A stretch of DNA of 64,000 nucleotides, taken from a virus. Made by a program: the position numbers and the translations under genes. The stretch covers positions 2,366 through 66,365 of IMG/VR virus record IMGVR_UViG_3300028844_004205; one strand, given 5' to 3'. A model generated the notes under the pieces. It did not search any database and was not told where the DNA came from. It worked only from the letters and a program-made list of their open reading frames with translations. Below, in pieces: positions 30,801 through 38,843 of the stretch (within the stretch, counting starts at the first letter, position 1; the number at the start of each line of letters is the position of its first letter).

Positions 30801-30838
30801 ATCATCTACCTCCTAGGTAGTTATCATCCAGATTTTTG

Positions 30839-30997
30839 TTAGCTAGAAAACTTACTAACAGCTTTGTTCCATTTCTCAATAGCTTCTTTGGCTATTTCAG
30901 TTTGTGCTGCTACAACTTCTTCAACTTGCTTACAAGCTATTTGTGCTTGTTCTGTAAGCAACTCAAGTTGTGAGTCGAATAGATCTTTAATACCCAT
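30839..30997 (-). CDS. 52-aa helical protein (not in ORF track)
   Basis: MGIKDLFDSQLELLTEQAQIACKQVEEVVAAQTEIAKEAIEKWNKAVSKFSS, with GAGAGG upstream. Confidence 0.55.
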   Translation of the reverse strand: MGIKDLFDSQLELLTEQAQIACKQVEEVVAAQTEIAKEAIEKWNKAVSKFSS

Positions 30998-31024
30998 AGT
31001 ACATTTACCTCTCTTAGTTAAAAA

Positions 31025-31180
31025 TTATTTAAACCTGTTCATACGCCTGCCGTTTTCAGCGAGCTCTTTTTTCTTCCGATCTTTATCCTTTTTGTTCTTA
31101 AAAAAATTCTTAGCCTTATCTACTTCCCTTTTTAATCTATCAGCAGAAAAATCTTTAGGAGCGCTTCTTAGTGATTCCAT
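31025..31180 (-). CDS. 51-aa basic protein (not in ORF track)
   Basis: MESLRSAPKDFSADRLKREVDKAKNFLKNKKDKDRKKKELAENGRRMNRFK, TAATG-coupled to the upstream gene. Confidence 0.6.
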   Translation of the reverse strand: MESLRSAPKDFSADRLKREVDKAKNFFKNKKDKDRKKKELAENGRRMNRFK

Positions 31181-31779
31181 TACTTGAACCTCTTCCTTTT
31201 TGGCTGTATTCTATTAGAAATTTGTTGACCTACCTTACCTGCTAAATTCCCTGTTAGGTCATTACCTAATCTATTAAGTGTACTCATTAGAGCTTGCGTG
31301 GGTACGTTATTTCCCGGCATACCTTCTACAAATTTATCTGGATCTTGGTATGCTTCCCTAGCTGAGTTAACCCCACTGAGAGCGCTAGCTATCGTGCCTA
31401 CTCTACCAAGGCCTGCTTTTATAGAGTTACCTGATCTTATTAGAAAAGGCTGTTTTATACCTTTTTCGTTCTTCTGCTCCTGTAATGCTCTCTGTCTTTC
31501 AAGAGGTGCCGGTCTAGCTGCCTTTCTAGCTGCTCTCGCTTGACGAGCTTCTGCTTTCGCTTTAGCGGATGCTGCTTCTGCCGCCGCCTGCCGTTCTAAA
31601 ACCTTACGCTTATGTCTTCCCTCTCTGAACTCGTTGAAGTTATCGCCGAGCTTTTTACCAAAATATATGTCAGAAGCTAGCCCTAGTACTGGGTTTAATT
31701 CTGAAGCTCCTGCTATTATACCAGCTTCGCCGATCCTTGCCAAGGCTTTCTGTCTGTCAGTTCTTTTATCTTCAGCCAT
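31180..31779 (-). CDS. Basic hypothetical protein, possible internal virion protein
   Basis: 199 aa. C-terminal module shared with 31781..32812. Confidence 0.6.
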   Translation of the reverse strand: MAEDKRTDRQKALARIGEAGIIAGASELNPVLGLASDIYFGKKLGDNFNEFREGRHKRKVLERQAAAEAASAKAKAEARQARAARKAARPAPLERQRALQEQKNEKGIKQPFLIRSGNSIKAGLGRVGTIASALSGVNSAREAYQDPDKFVEGMPGNNVPTQALMSTLNRLGNDLTGNLAGKVGQQISNRIQPKRKRFK

Positions 31780-31780
31780 T

Positions 31781-32812
31781 CTATTTAAATCTCTTTTTTC
31801 TAAGGGCTAAGCCCCTTTTAAGTAGGGGCATCGCGTTTAGAATAGAAGAGCTTTCATCCTCTCCTGATATAGCGTTACCTACATTTCCTGCTTGCCCAAA
31901 GGTTATATCATTACCTAAGTTCCGTAAACCTGATGTAATCCCCTGAATAAATTTATTTGGTCCTACCCCATTATCAAAGAACTGCTTTGGGTTATCCACT
32001 GCATCTTTTACAGAAAGCCCTGTGCTAACAGCCCCTGCAACAGGGCCACCTTTTGTCGCCAGCGACCGCAGCAGTTTTTTTCTAGCCACCATTTTTTCAA
32101 AAGTCTTTAAGTCTTTAGCTCTTTGCTCAGGGGACTTAGCTCTGAATTTTTTATCCATTTCTATTCTTTGCTGCTTTGATAAATGAGATCCTTTATTCGC
32201 ATTCTCAAGTATCTTTTGCTCCTTCCTGTCGCTAGCTGTAGTTGCACTAGCGAGGGGTTTTCTCTGGTCCTTGTCAAACAGTTGTTGCGTTATAAGGTGG
32301 TCGCCTAGCTCTTTCCCGAAAACCTTTCTCATTTTGCTTCTGCGTTCTAAGTTCTTGTTAAGAGCTTTCGCTATGCTTTTATTTTTTGTGTCCTCCACTC
32401 TTCTCGCATTACTCTCCATTTTATCCACGGTGTCGTTATCTAGTATAGATCTAAGTACTTCATTACTCCGTGAAGGAGGGGGTCTTTTGGCACCCCTTAT
32501 TTGCTCAGGTTTTTGGTTTTCTGGTTTAAACTTATCATTAATCTCCGGAAATTTCTCACGTAGCGCGGTCCTTCTAGGAGGGCTTAAATTACTTTTCCTA
32601 ACCTGCTTATTCGCTTCTGTGGGTATATTAGTGGTTGGTAAGTCTGCTCTTTTATTTATCCGGGCGTTACGTTCTAGCTTCCTTTTTTCCGCCGCAGTTA
32701 AACCCCCTCGGTCTGCGAGGGCTCTCCGGTCTTGACTCTGCCTTTCCATTACCGATAGTTCCCTATCAGTAAAGGGGCTTTCACCGGGTTTTGTTTTATT
32801 ACCCTTACCCAC
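31781..32812 (-). CDS. Highly basic hypothetical protein, possible internal virion protein
   Basis: 343 aa, Lys/Arg-rich, start overlaps the portal stop. Confidence 0.6.
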   Translation of the reverse strand: MGKGNKTKPGESPFTDRELSVMERQSQDRRALADRGGLTAAEKRKLERNARINKRADLPTTNIPTEANKQVRKSNLSPPRRTALREKFPEINDKFKPENQKPEQIRGAKRPPPSRSNEVLRSILDNDTVDKMESNARRVEDTKNKSIAKALNKNLERRSKMRKVFGKELGDHLITQQLFDKDQRKPLASATTASDRKEQKILENANKGSHLSKQQRIEMDKKFRAKSPEQRAKDLKTFEKMVARKKLLRSLATKGGPVAGAVSTGLSVKDAVDNPKQFFDNGVGPNKFIQGITSGLRNLGNDITFGQAGNVGNAISGEDESSSILNAMPLLKRGLALRKKRFK

Positions 32813-35000
32813 TCTTCTTCTCCAATTTAGCTGCTGGCGCTGGTTTTTGTTCGGCTTCTTTCTTAGCTATCTTAAGAGTCTCAGCAGCTTTTTCCGCTTC
32901 TATTCGCATCTTAGCTCGTTCGACTAATGCTTTGTTTCTAACCTCTTCCTTCTTAATCTGGAAGTCAGCTATCATCTTCTCTCTGGCCAGTTGTATCTCA
33001 GCTTCTACCTGTTGCCGCTTCAACTCCATCTCTGCTTGTGTTTTCTCTTGTTCTAAGAGGAATCTACCGGTCTCAAGTTCCAATTCTTCTTGCCCACCTT
33101 GTTGATCGGGTGTAGCTTCAGTCTGCGCTTTGGCCATTTTATGGGCCGCGTCTGCTTTCTTGACTAGTAGATCTGCGGATGCGTTCTCAGCTTCTAACTG
33201 TTTAAGCTGCATCTCTAACTGAGCTAACTGCTGTTCGGTCTCTGTAGCTTCTCCGCCTCCATTAAGATCCCGCACTCTCTGAGCTATCTCGCTCTTGCGT
33301 GGCAGTCTGCTAGCCTCGATGATAATATCATCTGGTATGGCTATGCCTAACTCGCGCATTCGTAGGGCTTCGTCGAATACCTGATCTTCATAGGTGTCTT
33401 TAGCTGGTACGTCAATTACGACTACCTCATATTCACCTAATGTTAAATCGTTAAACACTTGCCCTTGGTCACCTGCCTGATTAACTGTAACATCCTCTGC
33501 GTTAGAAAGTAACCCATTACCTGTAATCTTGAAGGATCTTTCTTCTGTATAATACGCCTGTACAATGTCTAGCACTCTCGTTGCTAGCATGTGTCTTGTG
33601 CGTACTAGGTTCTCCATCGGTACTGCCAAGTTAATAGATCCAGCCCTCTGTTTGGCCTGAATAGCCTTGGCAGCTACGTCTGCGCGGTCAAATCCGCGTT
33701 TGGAGTCTGATACACCTGAGATCTCTTTGATAGCTTCATCTGATAAATATACCATCCGGTCAAGGCCTGTTGGCACTTGGTTGGGAGCTATCTTCTCGAT
33801 ATCATTGATATCGTTCATCTCAAGTACAAGTCCTGTTTCCGCGCCTCTAGTTTCTAGTTCGTCTGGATCCATATTAAGTAATGACCCGCGTTTCACCTTG
33901 TAACCAGAGTTTGCTGTGGTGTTTATAACATGTAGCATTTGAGAGCTAGTCTTGTTAAGTTGATCTTGCGGAGACAGGATATGCTCGATTAGTCCCATAG
34001 TCTGCCCTTCATGGAAGAAGGGGAAGTATGGAACAATGGTAAAGTGTTTCAAAGGACTTGTGCTTTCAAATAATACAAAGTCATCCACTGTTACCATGAA
34101 TTTTATACTTTCTGCTCGTTTCTTAATAATAGCTAGACCAAGATTCTCTACCGCATATTTAATCTTATCTTTAGCCCAGTCTTTAGGTACCACCCGTGTA
34201 TCACCGGTACGGGTATCTACGAAGTGTTCTCTTAGCTCCACTTCTCTATATTGACGTTTAACAACCCGTGCGAGTTTACGTACGTTTTTATCGGACCTAT
34301 AAGCAGCATCTACTATAGGACCAAGGTTGTATGACTTACCAAACGAATTCATCTGGTGGTCTAAGCTGTCGTACCCCATCTGGAACTGCGACTGTTTACG
34401 GTTCTTAATCTCCGTGGCCACGTCCTTACGGTTGTACATTGTTTCTATTTGGTTAGGTGTTAGCCATTTAGTTACAAACACCTCATTCCACTTATCAGTA
34501 TCATACTCGTCGGCATCAGGATCTGGAATCACGTTCATAGGTGACTCGTAATTGATCCGCGCTTCGCCCTGCATATGATCATCAAACGCTACATCAACGT
34601 CGAAGTATCCGCGTGATGTTATAATACCTGCGTTGAATACATCTTCCTCAAGCCACTTGAGCTTGTTGTTGTTAGCTATGTTAATCCATAACTTTGTTAG
34701 CGCTTCAGCAGTATCTGGGTTACCAGTAGCTGTTGGATGGAACGATACATCTGCTGCTGAGTTAATCTGCTCCCCTGCTACTGTAGCGATGGTAGAGAAG
34801 ACTTTGTTGATAGTAAGTGCTGGTCGACGCTGCCTCTCTAACTTAGCTATTACATCGCTGTCCCACTGCTCGCCGTAAAAGTACTTTTGGCACTTCTCGG
34901 CTTTCCTAATAAATTCTCGATGTCCTGAGTCACGCGCATATGCATACTTCTCGAAATTCTCTTTTGCTTTCTGTTCTTCAGTTGACATTACTGTCCCCAC
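32805..35000 (-). CDS. Portal protein (P22-like, long C-terminal coiled coil)
   Basis: YFYGEQW...RRPALTINK, PDPDA, FTIVPYFP, PQDQLNK. Follows TerL. Start may be the ATG at 34988. Confidence 0.9.
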   Translation of the reverse strand: MGTVMSTEEQKAKENFEKYAYARDSGHREFIRKAEKCQKYFYGEQWDSDVIAKLERQRRPALTINKVFSTIATVAGEQINSAADVSFHPTATGNPDTAEALTKLWINIANNNKLKWLEEDVFNAGIITSRGYFDVDVAFDDHMQGEARINYESPMNVIPDPDADEYDTDKWNEVFVTKWLTPNQIETMYNRKDVATEIKNRKQSQFQMGYDSLDHQMNSFGKSYNLGPIVDAAYRSDKNVRKLARVVKRQYREVELREHFVDTRTGDTRVVPKDWAKDKIKYAVENLGLAIIKKRAESIKFMVTVDDFVLFESTSPLKHFTIVPYFPFFHEGQTMGLIEHILSPQDQLNKTSSQMLHVINTTANSGYKVKRGSLLNMDPDELETRGAETGLVLEMNDINDIEKIAPNQVPTGLDRMVYLSDEAIKEISGVSDSKRGFDRADVAAKAIQAKQRAGSINLAVPMENLVRTRHMLATRVLDIVQAYYTEERSFKITGNGLLSNAEDVTVNQAGDQGQVFNDLTLGEYEVVVIDVPAKDTYEDQVFDEALRMRELGIAIPDDIIIEASRLPRKSEIAQRVRDLNGGGEATETEQQLAQLEMQLKQLEAENASADLLVKKADAAHKMAKAQTEATPDQQGGQEELELETGRFLLEQEKTQAEMELKRQQVEAEIQLAREKMIADFQIKKEEVRNKALVERAKMRIEAEKAAETLKIAKKEAEQKPAPAAKLEKKSG

Positions 35001-35123
35001 CTGTTTTTAATACTATATTTCCAAGATGACCATCGGAGTGAGAAAGGTAGCTTTATTCTATAAGCCTTATCTTTTATTAGGATTCCTATTTGGTTTCCAT
35101 TGTCAAATAAACACATTTTCATT

Positions 35124-37097
35124 TTATGCTCCCATGAACCCAGAGCCGTCTTTACCTTTGCCCTGATTTCTTACATATTTGTTTAGTTTTTCTTTCCATG
35201 ATTTAGGCTGTGACTTCTTAGGTCTAGTGGGTGCATGTGCGTGTAGTACCATGCGTGCTAGCCATGCGAGTGCGTCGACTATATCGTCGTTGACCCCGCC
35301 CGGGAACCTAAGTAGCTCGTGTTGTATAGTCTCTACCCAAGGGTTTAGCTCAGGAGAAGGAAATAGTACCATGCCTTGTGTCATACGTCCTTGTAAGGGT
35401 CTCGCTCTCATAGGTTTATCTGTTATTGGTTTAAGTTCCGGGTCAAATGTTAAGTACTGTCTTCGTTCCGCCATTCGTTTATTCATTTGTGGTGCAATAG
35501 CTTTATCCAAAGTACCCACCTCTATACCTACAACACACCCACCTGCCTTATCAGAGAATCTCTTCTCCATGTCCAATATAGCTTCTACTATCTCAAATGT
35601 ATCCATGCGTGCACGGACCATATCTATAACATGAAGCCTATCTTCATAATCTAATACTCCGGCTACACCTACGGTATAGTCGTTCGATTCCTTCTGTCCA
35701 ATAGCTAAATCCCATGCCATATAAACTGGTAACCCTCTCCAATCGACTGTGTTAGGTACATACCTAAACATATCTTTCTTAAAGTACATACCTTCATCAG
35801 GTACAGGGTTCTGCTGGTATAATGCAGACCAATGTCGCGGCTGTAAAGTTCGTTTTATCCTCATCAACCTGCCACGCGGGAAACGCGCAGCATGAAGCGC
35901 ATCTCCTTCTTCTCGTAGTAGGACGCTTTTAGTGGACTTCGGTTCCTCAGTTACTGTCCAATCTTCGTTCTTATATTCTTCACCAGTTGCAATGGCTGGG
36001 TAGCTTATAACTTCCCACTGATCTATCTCCTCTTTAAACTGATCTACATTACGGTTAATCACTCGTTCCGCGACCATTAGCTCAGCATCGCTCATACCCG
36101 GTTTTATCAGGTCTTGGCGCAGAGAGTTCTCTAACTCCCCGGCCTCTTTAAGTAAGCCCTCCATCTGGGCTATGCAACGCCCGGACAGATCATCATCATG
36201 CCAGCGAGTCTGAATTACTAGGACCCCGGACAGCGGAGCAAGGCGCGTATACGCAGTCGACCCGTACCAATCCCAGTTGCTCTCGCGTGTGGTTTCTGAG
36301 TCCGCTTCCTCCGCATCTTTGACAGGGTCGTCAATTATGAGAATATTTGCACCTTTGCCCGTGACCCCCGATCCGACGCCCGCCGGAACATACATACCGC
36401 CTTCGGTAGTCTGCCACCCCTCTATGTTCTGTGCTTCAGGGTTCAATTTACAATCGGGAAATATCTTCTGATATGCTGGATCTCGTAACTGCCCTCTAAT
36501 AGCTCGTGAGAAGCCCATAGGGAGAGATACCGCATAAGAGGCAGCTATGATCTCTAACTGTGGATAAAGGCCAAGGGCCCACGCAGGGAACTTCTTAGAG
36601 GCCAATTCAGACTTCCCATGCCGTGGAGGCATGAATAACATCAATCTAGGGTCTTCACCATTAAGAACTGCTTGTAAAAAGCGCTCTAGTCGTGCACATA
36701 TGTCCTCATGTATCCAACCTGCTACATAATTTGGTTGAAACCGTTGTACAAAGCGTAGTAATTTCTTGCGTGACAGGATACGTCGCGCATATTCTCGTTC
36801 GAATGCGTCGGTAGACGCGTTTTTAATATCTAAATCTGCTTTTTTCTTAGTTTTCTTAGCCGAAGCGTACTTCTCTTCAGTTTCACGGAGACTTTTCTCC
36901 ATTTCGGCGGTCTGCTTCTTTAATTTCCTGTCCCTGCATTGTGCTTTGAAGTCCAACATCTCCTCTTCGTGAGCGCAGACGAGACAAACATCAGCATATA
37001 CTACAGGATTCCGGCTCAGTTGAGAAAAGTACGCCTTTTTCTTGGATTTCCCGCACGGACCGGTGCAAACTTTCAAGGTGTTCTTATTATTCTCCAA
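35124..37097 (-). CDS. terL: Terminase large subunit
   Basis: Walker A MPPRHGKS, Walker B ILIIDDPVK, QTRWHDDDL, LYQQNP, nuclease WDLA...NDDIVDA. Confidence 0.95.
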   Translation of the reverse strand: MENNKNTLKVCTGPCGKSKKKAYFSQLSRNPVVYADVCLVCAHEEEMLDFKAQCRDRKLKKQTAEMEKSLRETEEKYASAKKTKKKADLDIKNASTDAFEREYARRILSRKKLLRFVQRFQPNYVAGWIHEDICARLERFLQAVLNGEDPRLMLFMPPRHGKSELASKKFPAWALGLYPQLEIIAASYAVSLPMGFSRAIRGQLRDPAYQKIFPDCKLNPEAQNIEGWQTTEGGMYVPAGVGSGVTGKGANILIIDDPVKDAEEADSETTRESNWDWYGSTAYTRLAPLSGVLVIQTRWHDDDLSGRCIAQMEGLLKEAGELENSLRQDLIKPGMSDAELMVAERVINRNVDQFKEEIDQWEVISYPAIATGEEYKNEDWTVTEEPKSTKSVLLREEGDALHAARFPRGRLMRIKRTLQPRHWSALYQQNPVPDEGMYFKKDMFRYVPNTVDWRGLPVYMAWDLAIGQKESNDYTVGVAGVLDYEDRLHVIDMVRARMDTFEIVEAILDMEKRFSDKAGGCVVGIEVGTLDKAIAPQMNKRMAERRQYLTFDPELKPITDKPMRARPLQGRMTQGMVLFPSPELNPWVETIQHELLRFPGGVNDDIVDALAWLARMVLHAHAPTRPKKSQPKSWKEKLNKYVRNQGKGKDGSGFMGA

Positions 37098-37569
37098 CCG
37101 GTTCGGCCTCTATGTCGATAGTCATGCCAGCTTCACCGCCGATCTTCTCTAACAACACACTCTCGTCCATATTCTCCATCAATCTTAAGTTCGGCGCCTT
37201 TGGGTTGTGCCCAAGCGCGTGCGTAAACTCCTTCTTCTCTGCTGCTAACCAGCCGTGCATCTTATTCAGCTCATTAACACATCTGGCCAAGGCCATAGGA
37301 TCTCCCTTCGCTTTAGACAGCGCGACACCATCGATCAAGTCTTGAACTGCCTGCTCTCGCGTGTACATTGCTTTCGCTCTAGTCTTCTCTTGCATACCGG
37401 CTATCTCTTTTTTAACATATTCATCTTTATTCTCTAGCTCCCAGCTCTTGTTCCGCGGGTCCGCGTACCCGGCCCGGCGGGCCGCGGCTGTGGGCTTCAT
37501 GCCCATAAGCCTCCCTTCCAGATACTTTTCCCGTATCGGCAGGTTATACTCGCGTTTTAGTCGACCCAT
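37087..37569 (-). CDS. terS: Terminase small subunit
   Basis: TAAARRAGY HTH motif, ELNKMHG, directly upstream of terL. Confidence 0.8.
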   Translation of the reverse strand: MGRLKREYNLPIREKYLEGRLMGMKPTAAARRAGYADPRNKSWELENKDEYVKKEIAGMQEKTRAKAMYTREQAVQDLIDGVALSKAKGDPMALARCVNELNKMHGWLAAEKKEFTHALGHNPKAPNLRLMENMDESVLLEKIGGEAGMTIDIEAEPVGE

Positions 37570-37771
37570 TTTTCATTCTTAGTGGTATACTCCAAGTGAC
37601 CTCTTTCCAGAACACGAGGGACGTGAATATGGCCCATGTATCGCCTAACCACACAAGCGAGGCGAACGTGCACGCGTAAACTATGTTACTCACACCGATA
37701 ATGTCCTTATTCTCATCCCAATGCACTGGTAAAAAGCCAAAGGCTACCGCATTATTTTTCTGGTTCATCAT
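37544..37771 (-). CDS. Hypothetical protein
   Basis: Fills the gap between the HNH gene and terS with short overlaps. Confidence 0.4.
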   Translation of the reverse strand: MMNQKNNAVAFGFLPVHWDENKDIIGVSNIVYACTFASLVWLGDTWAIFTSLVFWKEVTWSIPLRMKNGSTKTRV

Positions 37772-38204
37772 ATGGATTCTTGTTCCCCTTGAGTGAATTT
37801 TCTTCTAGTGTTATCACTTGTAAATTATTGGGAATATGTAGCCCACATACATTCTCACCCTTCAAAGGAACAATGTGGTCGACTACATACCCCCAACCCA
37901 GCTCGCATCTCTCTCTGTATATTGGCACAGTTTCTTCTAATTTGCAATAAACAGCGTTCGGGGATTTCTTTTTAACATACTTCCATGCGTTTAGCGCGGC
38001 TGAGTAACCGGGGTCCTCGGTCCGGCGGCGCTTGGTATACGCTTTATTGCGTGCGCGGATCGCGTCCCTGTTTTCCAGATAGTGTAGCTGCGAGCGTTCT
38101 CGAAGACAGACCTTACAGTTCGCGGTCCGCCCGTCCTTGGCCCGGGACCTCTTGGCGAATTCGTCATGTAACTTAAGGTCCTGGCACCGCGTGCATCGCT
38201 TCAT
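37752..38204 (-). CDS. HNH endonuclease with N-terminal zinc ribbon
   Basis: CTRC...CKVC and VDHIVPLKGENVCGLHIPNNLQVIT..N..KGNK. Confidence 0.9.
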   Translation of the reverse strand: MKRCTRCQDLKLHDEFAKRSRAKDGRTANCKVCLRERSQLHYLENRDAIRARNKAYTKRRRTEDPGYSAALNAWKYVKKKSPNAVYCKLEETVPIYRERCELGWGYVVDHIVPLKGENVCGLHIPNNLQVITLEENSLKGNKNPYDEPEK

Positions 38205-38843
38205 TAAGCCTTCGACCTATGTCTACCCTCTTCGGTTCAATTATATCGTAAATATATAAAAAATAATAAAAAAAAATAAAATATAAAAAATAAAATATAA
38301 AAAATAATAGTTGGTTCCGTGCAGGGGTGGTCCCCCACCAACTGCTTACCCCACCACCCCACTTCGGATTCACAACATTCGAAGGCGGATAAGGAGTCTC
38401 TTCACCGCTAACGCGGAAAGCGAACAGCGAGCCCCTGCCCTCGATCCCACAGAGAAACATCCGTGATGCGCTAGCCACGGCCCACCGTATGCTACCTATA
38501 GTCCGAGTACATAAACAGGAGAAAGAATATGACCATCATAGAAATAGTAATAACATGCACCATCGGCTTAATCATTGGCGCAGTGTTTGGTGTCCTAGAC
38601 CTTGTAGGCTACGCGTGCGTGGCCTACGTGTGCTACGCAGTGGCGCGTGCCATACTCACCGATGTGATACACATGTACAACCGTACGAACCGTGGCCTGC
38701 GCACCGTGGCCCGCATTACGAAGTGCTAAGATACGCGGTCCGCGCTCCGCGGACAGGGGATAAAGAGCGTCCGGTGTCATAACCCCCAAAAAGTGGTTCA
38801 TATAAACCAATAACTAACTGATTTACAAAGAGAGGAACACATC

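Noticed and set aside
322-37582. Many plus-strand ORFs opposite the late genes, and minus-strand ORFs opposite the replication genes
   Set aside because: They are antisense shadows of real genes, Ser/Pro/Leu-rich, without RBS or motifs.
38173-38478. 101-aa ORF with an apparent TM segment (FFIFYFLYFIFFYYF)
   Set aside because: The hydrophobic run is just the translation of the A/T tract in the divergent intergenic region.
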